A DNA stretch of 64,000 nucleotides from an uncultured Actinomycetota bacterium (GCA_963759635.1 CAVXAP010000030.1:142149-206148), one strand, 5' to 3'. Counted from the first letter of the stretch, positions 9,481 to 18,629 are shown. Notes: generated by a model not told the origin, from the letters alone. A program made the numbers and translations.

Positions 9481-10899
9481 ATGCATCGACGCACTGGTGC
9501 TGCTGCGGAGAGGAGCCGGCTTATGGTCGCGGCCGCAGCCACCCACTCAGCGCGAACGGTTGCATTGGTGCTGGCGGTCCTCGCGTACCGGCGCCGACTG
9601 CGGCGGCGTGACCGGTGGAGTCGGCCAGCCCTGCTGGCCTATCAGGATCGGGCACTTCGGCGGTTACGGGAGTACGCCTATCAAAAGTCGCGCTTCTACC
9701 AGGATTTCCACGCCGGTCTTTCGTCGGCGCCGCTGTCGGCATTACCGGTGCTGACCAAGCAGATGCTGATGGAGAGTTTCGACTCGGTGGTCACCCGTCC
9801 CGGTCTGCGACTGGTCGATGTCGAGGATTACCTGGCCACACTGCGCGGTAATGATCTGTTCCAGGGCAGGTACTTCGTGTCCGCAACGGCCGGCACCACG
9901 GGGAGACGGGGCGTCTTCTTGTGGAACTTCCGGGAGTGGGTGCAGGTTGTCGCTTCGTACAATCGCGCGTTCGACTGGGCCGGCGGAACCGCGGGCTTGA
10001 CTCATCGAGTCAAGACAGCTGTTGTCAGTTCCACCAATCCCAGTCACCAGTCGGCTCGCGTGGGAGCCTCCATTCACAGTCGTTGGGTTCCCACGCTCCG
10101 CATCGATTCAGGGGATGATCTCGACAGCATCGCCGCTCGGCTCAACGACTGGCAGCCGGAGATGTTAATCGGCTACGCCTCGATGATTCGGCTGCTCGCT
10201 GAGGCGCAGTTAGCGGGCCGGTTGATGATCAGGCCAAGGTTTGTGTTCAGCGCCTCCGAGGTATTGACCGACTCAACCCGACGTCTCGCTTCGGCGGCGT
10301 GGGGCCGATCGCCGTACAACGTCTATGGGGCAACCGAGACGTCGGGGATCGCTGCCGAGTGCGGCGAGCATGCCGGGATGCACCTGTTCGAAGACCTGGT
10401 GATTACCGAAGTGGTCGATGCCGACAACCGGCCGGTGCCGCCAGGCGAGTACGGCGCCAAGGTGCTTGTGACGGTGCTGTTTTCGCGGACTGTGCCGCTG
10501 ATCCGCTACGAGATGAGCGACAGTCTGCAACTCGGGGGTGATCACGACTGTCCATGTGGCCGCCCGTACGCGCTGATCACCGGAATCCAGGGACGAGAGC
10601 AAGAATCACTGACTTTCCCGACCGCCAGCGGTCAGGTTCGGGCCGTGCAACCGATCGTCTTCCATCACATCATGGACCGTGTTCGGGCAGCGGGTTGGCA
10701 GATCCAGCAGACCGGCGCAGGCCTGGAAGTGCTGCTTGCTCAGCCGCACGAGGTCGATGTGTCAGGTCTGGCGGGTGATATCCGCTCAGCACTGGCGTCC
10801 CAAGGAGTCGTGCCACCTCAGGTGCAGATCAATCAAGTGATGGCCATCCCGCGCACGGCTTTAGGGAAGGCGCCGTTGATCACCAAAACGTCGTCCTAG
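9481..10899 (+). CDS. Phenylacetate-CoA ligase-like (PaaK / F390 synthetase-type) adenylate-forming enzyme, paralog 1
   Basis: SATAGTTGRRGVF phosphate-binding motif, YGATETSG, C-terminal AIPRTALGKAPLI. The start is uncertain (TTG 9469, ATG 9481 or ATG 9523). Confidence 0.8.
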   Translation: MHRRTGAAAERSRLMVAAAATHSARTVALVLAVLAYRRRLRRRDRWSRPALLAYQDRALRRLREYAYQKSRFYQDFHAGLSSAPLSALPVLTKQMLMESFDSVVTRPGLRLVDVEDYLATLRGNDLFQGRYFVSATAGTTGRRGVFLWNFREWVQVVASYNRAFDWAGGTAGLTHRVKTAVVSSTNPSHQSARVGASIHSRWVPTLRIDSGDDLDSIAARLNDWQPEMLIGYASMIRLLAEAQLAGRLMIRPRFVFSASEVLTDSTRRLASAAWGRSPYNVYGATETSGIAAECGEHAGMHLFEDLVITEVVDADNRPVPPGEYGAKVLVTVLFSRTVPLIRYEMSDSLQLGGDHDCPCGRPYALITGIQGREQESLTFPTASGQVRAVQPIVFHHIMDRVRAAGWQIQQTGAGLEVLLAQPHEVDVSGLAGDIRSALASQGVVPPQVQINQVMAIPRTALGKAPLITKTSS

Positions 10900-11074
10900 C
10901 CTTAGAAAACAATTGAGATCAATGCAGCGCAATCTTACGAATCGGTCCGGTCAACCACTCAGCGGTTGGCGACCACTCGCAGGTTCAACGTAGTGCTGTC
11001 GGTGTTGGTTCTGTTGCTGGTGCTGAGGCTCAACGGTTGGGTCAGCGGTCACGTGATGGCACGTCGTCAGCCCG

Positions 11075-11536
11075 TTATTGGGATTCGGCCACCCGACTTG
11101 AGGATGCCGGAGGGTTCTTGGCGCTAGCGGTGCATCTAGCCAGATCGGTCTGTCGCTTGAGAAAGTCCAAGATGCGCTTATCGACGATGTCGTGCTGGCC
11201 GACTGACCGAACGTGGCCGATCTCGGCTGAACCTGCCGGCTCTACTGCGGTGGACGTCATGGGCCATCCGGCGGCCCGCCCGCGGGACGCTTATCACTAC
11301 ATGGGTGTGCACGTAGCGACCAGTGACCTCGATCGACTCGTATGGCACCGGCCACAGCCGCAGCCTGGTGGTATGCGGTCAGGTAGAGAGCTTTCCCTTC
11401 GGGCTTCTGAATGCGAAGGCAAGCGGTTGGCGGTCGTATCACCGTGTTCAATGACTGACGTCTTCATCGCAGAAGGGGGGTCACGCAGGAACGCGACGGT
11501 GCACGTACCCACGAAGTTGGGTTCGTCGACACTCAT
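11075..11536 (-). pseudogene. Possible decayed 3' part of an alpha/beta hydrolase
   Basis: Three short ORFs in different frames. The last ends ...GHVRSVGQHDIVDKRILDFLKR, which resembles the C-terminus of alpha/beta-fold hydrolases. Weak. Confidence 0.25.
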
Positions 11537-11563
11537 GACATGGCCGGCGTTCGCCTGGCAGGT

Positions 11564-12169
11564 TCAGATCTTGTTCAGCAATTCGGTCATGGTGTCCACG
11601 TCGGCTTGCTGGCTTTCAGCGATGTTCTTGGCAAGCGTGATCGCATCCGGATTTTTACCTGAACCGATTTCAGCCTGGGCCATCTTGATCGCGCCCTGGT
11701 GATGCCGGATCATCCCTTCCAGGAATAGCCGCTGCCCGTCGGCGCCGTTGGCCTCGTCCAGTTCCTGCATCTGTTCCTCGGTCATCGTGCCGTCGCTGCT
11801 GCTGTGATGGGAGCCTTCAGGCATTTGGATGCGACCCCATGCTTCAATCCAGGCGTTCATCATGTCGATCTCAGGCTGTTGGGCGGCCTTGATCTGCTTG
11901 GCGAGTGCTCCTACCTCGGGATTGATATTGCTCTTGCTGAGCACCATGTCGCTCATGTCGACGGCCTGTTCGTGATGCGGGATCATCATCTGCGCAAACA
12001 TCACATCAGCTTCGTTGAATTCGCCGACTGGAGTGGCGCTCGAAGACGCGGTCGAGCTAGATGAGCCGGGACCCATGCCGGACATGCTGTCATCAGCGGA
12101 GCAACCAGCAAAGGCGATTGCGGCTGCCACTGCGGCCGGAAGCACAGCACGAAAAATGTTCAGTTTCAT
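11564..12169 (-). CDS. DUF305 family lipoprotein (copper-associated)
   Basis: Lipobox AAIAFAGC after MKLNIF. Two DUF305 half-domains with MIPHHEQAVDM and MIRHHQGAIKM. Confidence 0.85.
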   Translation of the reverse strand: MKLNIFRAVLPAAVAAAIAFAGCSADDSMSGMGPGSSSSTASSSATPVGEFNEADVMFAQMMIPHHEQAVDMSDMVLSKSNINPEVGALAKQIKAAQQPEIDMMNAWIEAWGRIQMPEGSHHSSSDGTMTEEQMQELDEANGADGQRLFLEGMIRHHQGAIKMAQAEIGSGKNPDAITLAKNIAESQQADVDTMTELLNKI

Positions 12170-12406
12170 CGAAGATCTTTCAACGGAGTGAGGGCAGACA
12201 GGCGCAGTTGAACACCTACAGGCAAGACAAGACACCAATCTGATGGTCAGCCTCGCAGTCGGCCCAACACAGCTCGGCGCTGGCCTGGCCCAGAGTCATG
12301 CCACCGCCCAGCCGAGCGCCTGCCCAACATGCCGACAGGCTGCCAACGCCTCACACGACCGTCCGTCATGAGCTCCGATGGGATTGGAGATGACTCCCTT
12401 GCCCCT

Positions 12407-12425
12407 TATACCCCCTAGGGGTATA
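12407..12425. promoter_or_regulatory. CsoR-type operator TATACCCCCTAGGGGTATA
   Basis: Near-perfect palindrome (TATACCCC / GGGGTATA arms with one extra C), 54 nt upstream of the ATPase ATG. It overlaps a TATATT -10-like hexamer and matches the C4/G4 pseudo-palindromes bound by actinobacterial CsoR. Confidence 0.65.
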
Positions 12426-12478
12426 TTTGGTCGATTATCTCGCCCAAGGATGGCGATAGACACAAACTGCGGAGGGCT

Positions 12479-14974
12479 ATGACTGACAACAGATCCACTG
12501 CCGTTCTTGAGGTGTCTGGGGTGCATTGGGCAGCCTCGAAGAATGTCGCCGAGGCGGTGTTGTCTCGTCGGCCGGGTGTGCTTGAGGTTGATGCGAATCC
12601 GGTGGCGCAGACCGCGACGGTGTCCTACGACCCGGAGCGAACCTCGGTAGCGGAGTTGGCCGGCTGGGTACGCGACTGTGGATATCACTGTGCCGGTCAG
12701 TCGGTCCCGGAACACATCTGCGATCCCCTGGCCGAACCTGCACCGACCATCGATCATCCTGATCATCGCGAGGCAAGTCACCACACTCATCATGATCACG
12801 TCTCGAGCCACCACCAGATGATCACGCAGGCACCAGCGGAGCGGGTCACGGAGACGCCGGTACCTCATGTTGATCATGCTGCCCATGCCCCGGTGGCGCC
12901 TCAGGAGGTGATGGGTCACGGCGGGCATCACGGCGGCATGGCTATGGACGACATGGTGCGTGACATGCGGAACCGATTCCTGGTTGCCGCCCTGCTCTCC
13001 ATCCCGATCCTGCTGTGGTCTCCGATAGGTCGGGAGGTGATCGGCTTCAGTGTGCCAGCACCGTTCGGGCTGAGGGACGATGTCTTCTCCTTGATCCTCA
13101 GCCTGCCGGTGATCTTCTACTCGGCCTGGATCTTCTTCGACGGTGCCTGGCGGGCGCTGCGGGCACGCACCTTGGACATGATGGTTCTGGTCGCGGTCGC
13201 AATCGGCGCCGGCTGGCTCTACAGCGTCTACGTCACACTGAGCGGGGGCGGGGAGGTGTTCTATGAGGCGGCCGCCGTGCTGGCCGCCTTCGTGCTGTTG
13301 GGGCATTGGTTCGAGATGCGAGCCCGGGGCGGCGCCAACGACGCGATTCGCACCCTGCTTGAGCTGGCACCGCCGATGGCGGTGGTGATGCGCGAGGGAG
13401 AACCCGTTGAAGTGCCCACTGCCGAGGTCGCTGTGGGGGACCTGCTGCTGATTCGTCCGGGCGGCAAGATCCCGGTCGACGCAGTGGTCGTGGAGGGCGA
13501 GTCGGAGGTTGATGAGTCCATGGTGACCGGTGAGAGCTTGCCGGTGCCCAAGACAATCAGCTCCCAGGTGATTGGTGCCTCAGTGAACACCACCGGCACC
13601 TTGCGGGTCCGCGCCACAAAGGTCGGGTCGGATACCGCACTGGCCCAAATTGTGGCGCTGGTGCAGCAGGCGCAGAACTCCAAGGCGCCGGGGCAGCGGC
13701 TCGCCGATCGAGCAGCGTTCTGGCTTGTCTTGGTCGCACTCCTCGGTGGCATGGCAACGTTCCTGGTCTGGCTGGCGGTGGGTCGGCCGGTGACCGAGGC
13801 GCTGCTGTTCGCGATCACAGTTGTGGTGATCACCTGCCCCGACGCGCTGGGTCTGGCCACTCCGACAGCGATCATGGTCGGTACCGGGTTGGGCGCCAAG
13901 CGGGGCGTGCTGTTCAAGAACGCAACAGCGCTGGAGACCTCCGCCCACATTGACACCGTGGTGATGGATAAGACCGGCACCTTGACCAAGGGGGAACCTG
14001 AAGTCACCGATGTCATCGCCGACGGTGTCGGTGAGGATCAGGTGCTGGCGCTCGCCGCCGCAGTGGAACGCGAATCAGAGCATCCGCTGGCTCAGGCTGT
14101 TGCGCGTCGTGCCGACCAGGCGGGAGTCCCGAAACTGGCCGTTACGGCGTTCCGCAACATCCCCGGCCAGGGGGCTCAGGCACAGGTGGATGGCCACCCA
14201 GTGTTGGTAGGCAACCGCCGCCTCATGACCGCCGAAGGCATCGACCTCGGCGACATGGGGCGCCGTCGAGACGAACTCGCAGCGGCCGGGCGTACGGCTG
14301 TGCTCGTTGCGGTCGACGGACGGGCCGCCGGGGTCCTCGCCCTCGCCGACGCTGCCCGCGACACCGCGACAGCAGCGGTAAGCGAGCTGCACTCCATGAA
14401 CATCCAGGTCGTCATGTTGACCGGAGACAACCAGGCCACTGCCCGCCGAATCGCAGACCAGCTAGGCATTGACACCGTGATCGCCGAGGTCTTGCCGGCC
14501 GATAAATCGGCCAAAATCGCAGATCTTCAGCGCGCCGGGAAACGCGTCGCGATGGTCGGCGACGGCGTCAATGATGCCCCCGCGCTCGCTGGTGCGGACC
14601 TGGGCATCGCGATCGGGGCCGGCACCGACGTCGCCATTGAGACCGCCGATGTCGTCTTGATGCGCTCCGACCCACTCGATGTGCCAGTCGCCTTACGCAT
14701 CGGCCAGGCCACGTTGCGCAAGATGCGACAAAACTTGGGCTGGGCGATCGGCTACAACGCCATTGCGCTGCCGATAGCGGCTGGTGTCTTCGAACCCACG
14801 TTCGGACTCGTTCTCCGGCCCGAAATCGCCGCACTCTCCATGTCAGGATCCAGCCTGCTGGTCGCAGTCAATGCGCTGCTGCTGAAACGGCTACGACTGC
14901 CCGAGCCGCCCCTTGAACCTGACACAATCCCAGCAACGCCGGCTCGGCCTACGGCGCCTGTCATTAGTCAGTGA
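12479..14974 (+). CDS. Heavy-metal P1B-type ATPase, CopB-like (His-rich N-terminus)
   Basis: DKTGTLT, TGES, SEHPL, GDGVNDAP, TM7 YN and TM8 MSGSS. The N-terminal HMA-like fold lacks CxxC (GVHWAAS). A His-rich tract is present. The TM6 motif reads CPD, not CPC or CPH. Confidence 0.9.
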   Translation: MTDNRSTAVLEVSGVHWAASKNVAEAVLSRRPGVLEVDANPVAQTATVSYDPERTSVAELAGWVRDCGYHCAGQSVPEHICDPLAEPAPTIDHPDHREASHHTHHDHVSSHHQMITQAPAERVTETPVPHVDHAAHAPVAPQEVMGHGGHHGGMAMDDMVRDMRNRFLVAALLSIPILLWSPIGREVIGFSVPAPFGLRDDVFSLILSLPVIFYSAWIFFDGAWRALRARTLDMMVLVAVAIGAGWLYSVYVTLSGGGEVFYEAAAVLAAFVLLGHWFEMRARGGANDAIRTLLELAPPMAVVMREGEPVEVPTAEVAVGDLLLIRPGGKIPVDAVVVEGESEVDESMVTGESLPVPKTISSQVIGASVNTTGTLRVRATKVGSDTALAQIVALVQQAQNSKAPGQRLADRAAFWLVLVALLGGMATFLVWLAVGRPVTEALLFAITVVVITCPDALGLATPTAIMVGTGLGAKRGVLFKNATALETSAHIDTVVMDKTGTLTKGEPEVTDVIADGVGEDQVLALAAAVERESEHPLAQAVARRADQAGVPKLAVTAFRNIPGQGAQAQVDGHPVLVGNRRLMTAEGIDLGDMGRRRDELAAAGRTAVLVAVDGRAAGVLALADAARDTATAAVSELHSMNIQVVMLTGDNQATARRIADQLGIDTVIAEVLPADKSAKIADLQRAGKRVAMVGDGVNDAPALAGADLGIAIGAGTDVAIETADVVLMRSDPLDVPVALRIGQATLRKMRQNLGWAIGYNAIALPIAAGVFEPTFGLVLRPEIAALSMSGSSLLVAVNALLLKRLRLPEPPLEPDTIPATPARPTAPVISQ

Positions 14975-15435
14975 AGTGGCCTGGTGCCGCTCGTGATGTA
15001 GAGGAGTCTCGTCGCCAGCCCTCGGATGATCGAGCAAGCAATCAGCGGACCGGTGCAAGCGAGATTTCCTGCCGCGCTGGACGCCGCTGAATTGCTTATT
15101 GGTCGCTGGCCCCACCGTGCGACGACCGACCCCAACCGGAAGCTGTCGTGGCCGCCAGGACTTCGGTCGCCTGCCGGCTATCTGCTTGATCAACGCCCTC
15201 CAGGGGCGGCCGCGACCGGCAGCAAACCATCCGGCCTCACCCGCCTGATTGAGGTCGTTGGGCGCCGGTAGCACCGGCAGGCAGGCATCGCACCGCGGTA
15301 GACGCCAAGCGGCACCAGCGACTTGCCAGGTCAGACTCCTGCGCCGCCCGCATAAGGCTCGGGAACCGTACGATGAGGTGCATTGTCCGTTGGGTATCGG
15401 CACTTCCAGTGCCAGCTGGTGGATAGGCCTGGAGG

Positions 15436-16185
15436 ATGGCTGAATCGGACGACGCTCGGGTGCAGCGGACGGGTCTGTTGGGGCTGGTGCGGAGCCATGT
15501 CACGCTGGTTTTGACCCTCATTCCGATTTTGCTGAGCGGCCTGCGCATCTTCGCCGTGGCGAACGGGGACCGGGCCACGCTGGTGACGCTGCTCAGTACC
15601 CTCGATGTGAAAGCAGTGCTGCTCGGTACGTTTGCTTGGCTGCTGCCCACCGCGTTTGGGGTGGCGGCGGCGATTTGTTGGATTCGGTGGCTTCAGCTGC
15701 GATCGGTATCGCGCCCGCTCGGCGCCCGGCAAACAACCGCACTCTTATGGCTGGCGGTGTGTACCACGATATTGGCGCTCATCTTGTTTGCGTTGGCTCC
15801 GGTCAACGACCTGTTTAACCTGCTCCTCTGCGTGTTCGCGGTGTACTTCTTTCGCAGGCCCGAGCGAAATCGCGCCGGTCAGGCGGTCATCATTGGCGCT
15901 GCGTTCCTCGCGCTTGTTTTGGCGCCGGTTGTGTTCCGGGCGGCGAATATGTGGCTACCGGCGGAGAAGATCGTTTTAAGGAACCAGCCAGCCATAATCG
16001 GCTACGTGCTCACCGCCGACCCCCGGTATGCGACCGTTCTCAAGGCAGCTGACTCGACCGTGCAAATACTGCAGCTCGACGAGATCGAGTCTCGAACCAT
16101 TTGTCGCCTAAATCCCAGACTGCAGTCTGCGTCCTTGGTCCGGTATATCGCTGGCTCGGCATCGAAGCGCACGCCACCGTGCTAG
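15436..16185 (+). CDS. Hypothetical polytopic membrane protein
   Basis: 249-aa ORF with about 5 hydrophobic helices followed by a soluble C-terminal part. I recognise no family. Confidence 0.55.
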   Translation: MAESDDARVQRTGLLGLVRSHVTLVLTLIPILLSGLRIFAVANGDRATLVTLLSTLDVKAVLLGTFAWLLPTAFGVAAAICWIRWLQLRSVSRPLGARQTTALLWLAVCTTILALILFALAPVNDLFNLLLCVFAVYFFRRPERNRAGQAVIIGAAFLALVLAPVVFRAANMWLPAEKIVLRNQPAIIGYVLTADPRYATVLKAADSTVQILQLDEIESRTICRLNPRLQSASLVRYIAGSASKRTPPC

Positions 16186-16341
16186 TCGGTACGGCGCGGG
16201 ATTGTGGCGACCTTCCGGATCTGAATCTGCGGTGGCCGGGCTCCCTTGGCCGCTAATCTTGAGCGAATTGAGGCGGCGAGTTCGTCGGCGTCGAGGTCAT
16301 GCTTGCGCCATCCTCACCTCCAGCGCGTCGCCGTTGCAGCC
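16182..16341 (-). pseudogene. 3' remnant of a third PaaK-like adenylate-forming gene
   Basis: Translation ALEVRMAQA(frameshift)HDLDADELAASIRSRLAAKGARPPQIQIRKVATIPRRTD* aligns with the C-terminus of the 9481-10899 product (GLEVLLAQPHEVDVSGLAGDIRSALASQGVVPPQVQINQVMAIPRTA). Confidence 0.6.
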
Positions 16342-16361
16342 TCATTAGAAGTTTCAGTCTG

Positions 16362-18080
16362 CTAACTGCGGCCGACGGTAAAGCTGAACATCATGCCACT
16401 CTGCATGTGCTCGGGGATATGGCAGTGCGCCATCCATAGGCCGGGGTTGGTGGCGTCGAACAGGATGTCCACCGTCTGGCCAGTGCGGATGAGCACCGTG
16501 TCCTTCCATACCAGGTTCGACTCGACCGCCCCGTCGCGGGCAAGCACCAGGAACCGTCCAGCGCCGTGGATATGGAAGGGATGATGCATCGGGTGGTCGG
16601 ACGCCATCTCGTTGATCAGTCGGATCTTGACCCGTTGTCCGACGCTGAACCGCCAATCGATCACCGGATTGTCCACACCAGCGGTGCGGTCCAGGAACCT
16701 CCAGTGGGTAGTCGCGGTGGTGGTCAGTTTGTTCACTTCGACCATGTCGTCTTCCCACTCGATCCCGTTAGCGGCGTCGTGCCCACCGTGGGGGGTGTTC
16801 GCGTCCTGACCCTCGTCGTGGTTATGGAGGGCGGGGGCGTCATGGTCCCCGGCCGCGTCGTGGTGCATCTTGGCGTCGTGGTGGGTGATGCTGTGGTGGT
16901 CCGCGTCAGGCTGACGTCCTGGGTCGACGGCGAGGAGCTTCATGCCGCACTTGGGGCAGCGTCCCTGCTGGTCGCTCGTGACCTCGGGATGCATCGGACA
17001 CCTGTATGTGACCGGACCTGCGCTTTCTGGCATTGCGGTTGGATCGTCGAGCTGAGCGACCAGCGCCAGCGTCTTGTCGGGTGATGCGGCCAGCCAGCGA
17101 TCCAGCTGCTGCCGCTCGGCGGTCAGCTCAGGTGCAGTCCGCAGCACCTCGAATTCCGTCGCCAAAGAGGGCGCTGCCAGCTCATCCCTCACCCACAGGC
17201 TGGCGAGCTGGTAGGTCCGGTCCGGGGTTTGGTGCTCCAGTGTCAGCTCACCGGGATGCTCGACCAGCACGTCGACCACGGCACGCTCCGATGGCGCGAG
17301 CAACACCTGGTCGATGAGCTCCTCGTGCTCCACCCGGCCGCTGTCCCCGCCGACCAGCTTCATTCGCGCCCCAGGTAGCCGCACGTTGAACACCCGGGTG
17401 TTGGCGGTGTTGGTGAGCCAAAGCCGAACCACCTCCCCCGCCCGGACCGACAGCTGCAAGTCCGGCTGGCCGGCCACCAGGAAAATGTTGCCGAAGCGAC
17501 CCATCGCCGCATGGCTGGTCTCGGTGCGGCTGAACGGTGCCAACTGGCCGTCCTCCAAGAGGAGGTCGTCCAGGGTCAAAATCACGTCGCGGTTGGCTGG
17601 CGGCCAATAGTCTGGCTCGGAAGGAACAACCAAGATGTTGCCGTACAGCCCCAGCTCCTGGCCGTAGTCCTCCCGGATGTGCGGGTGGTACCAGTACAGT
17701 CCTGGATCGGGAAACTGGATGCGGTAGGTGAAGCTGCCGCCGACAGGGACAGGCGCCTGGGTCTCGTGGGGCACACCGTCGTAGCGGTTCTCCAGACGAA
17801 GCCCGTGCCAGTGAACGGTGGTATCCATGTCGCCGTGATTGGTGACTCGGACGATGATCTCGCTGCCTTGGTGAACCTTGAGGGTTGGGCCAGGAATCGA
17901 GTCGTTGTAGCCCAGCATCCGCACCGTCGTCTCGCCCAGCCGCTTGGCCACCGGCCCCACCCTAAGCTCTACGGTGCCCCCGGCAGCCAGTTCCATCAGC
18001 TCCGGCCAGCCAGCCTCCGGCAGCCCCGATGGATCGGTTGGGAATCGGTCGTGCTGATCATGATCAATGTGTCGTTGCAT
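16362..18080 (-). CDS. Multicopper oxidase with an internal CxxC zinc-ribbon heavy-metal-binding insert and a His-rich tract; no signal peptide
   Basis: AAGGAG RBS before ATG 18080. MCO ligand motifs VHWHGL, WYHPH, HPFHIHG and HCHIPEHMQSGMM. Insert YRCPMHPEVTSDQQGRCPKCGMKL plus an H/D-rich stretch (about 16773-17009). The N-terminus MQRHIDHDQHDRF is not signal-like. Confidence 0.85.
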   Translation of the reverse strand: MQRHIDHDQHDRFPTDPSGLPEAGWPELMELAAGGTVELRVGPVAKRLGETTVRMLGYNDSIPGPTLKVHQGSEIIVRVTNHGDMDTTVHWHGLRLENRYDGVPHETQAPVPVGGSFTYRIQFPDPGLYWYHPHIREDYGQELGLYGNILVVPSEPDYWPPANRDVILTLDDLLLEDGQLAPFSRTETSHAAMGRFGNIFLVAGQPDLQLSVRAGEVVRLWLTNTANTRVFNVRLPGARMKLVGGDSGRVEHEELIDQVLLAPSERAVVDVLVEHPGELTLEHQTPDRTYQLASLWVRDELAAPSLATEFEVLRTAPELTAERQQLDRWLAASPDKTLALVAQLDDPTAMPESAGPVTYRCPMHPEVTSDQQGRCPKCGMKLLAVDPGRQPDADHHSITHHDAKMHHDAAGDHDAPALHNHDEGQDANTPHGGHDAANGIEWEDDMVEVNKLTTTATTHWRFLDRTAGVDNPVIDWRFSVGQRVKIRLINEMASDHPMHHPFHIHGAGRFLVLARDGAVESNLVWKDTVLIRTGQTVDILFDATNPGLWMAHCHIPEHMQSGMMFSFTVGRS

Positions 18081-18629
18081 CGATGCTCCTTGATTAGTCT
18101 TCCTCACACCTTCGATGGATCCCGACTACGGCCAGCGTCGGATCACCTGCTCGGTTTACCCGAAGCAGGGTCAGGGCCCGCGAGCGCGACATTGGCGATC
18201 TGTCGGCGTCTAGGAACTTTGCCACATGTTCTCATTGTCAGCATTCGTCATCGGCCCGGACATTAGCGGCGGCAATTGGGCACCTGTCGAGCTGTCAGCG
18301 CGGTCCTTCCACCCACAGCGAATACCACCCATGAACAGCCAGCTGAAGCCGCAGTCCGTCGGACGATCAGCGAGGCTGGCACCGCCAGAGCGCCGCCGCT
18401 ACTCCTAAATTGATCTTGATGTTGTTGATCTTCATAGGGCGCCTAACATCCACACTAATGAGCGGGTCGGCAGAGAATGCCGGGACCCATTCCTCGACCC
18501 ATCAGATAACCCTTGAGCCCTTGGACTTGGCAAGCTCGCTCGTCCCTAAACTTCCCCACCGAGCCGATGACCTGCATCCCTTCCGAAGCGTCTTGCGATC
18601 GATCATGAACTCCTCCCTGCTCCCCAACC

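Noticed and set aside
12296-13306. Long ORFs antisense to or overlapping well-supported genes, for example 12296-13306(-), 13261-14016(-), 30103-31455(-), 36219-36914(-), 39398-40216(-), 41532-42278(-), 43783-44481(-), 45948-46997(-), 47199-48257(-)
   Set aside because: These are typical high-GC shadow ORFs. Their translations are Arg/Pro/Gly-rich with no recognisable motifs, and each overlaps a gene on the other strand or in another frame that has clear family signatures.
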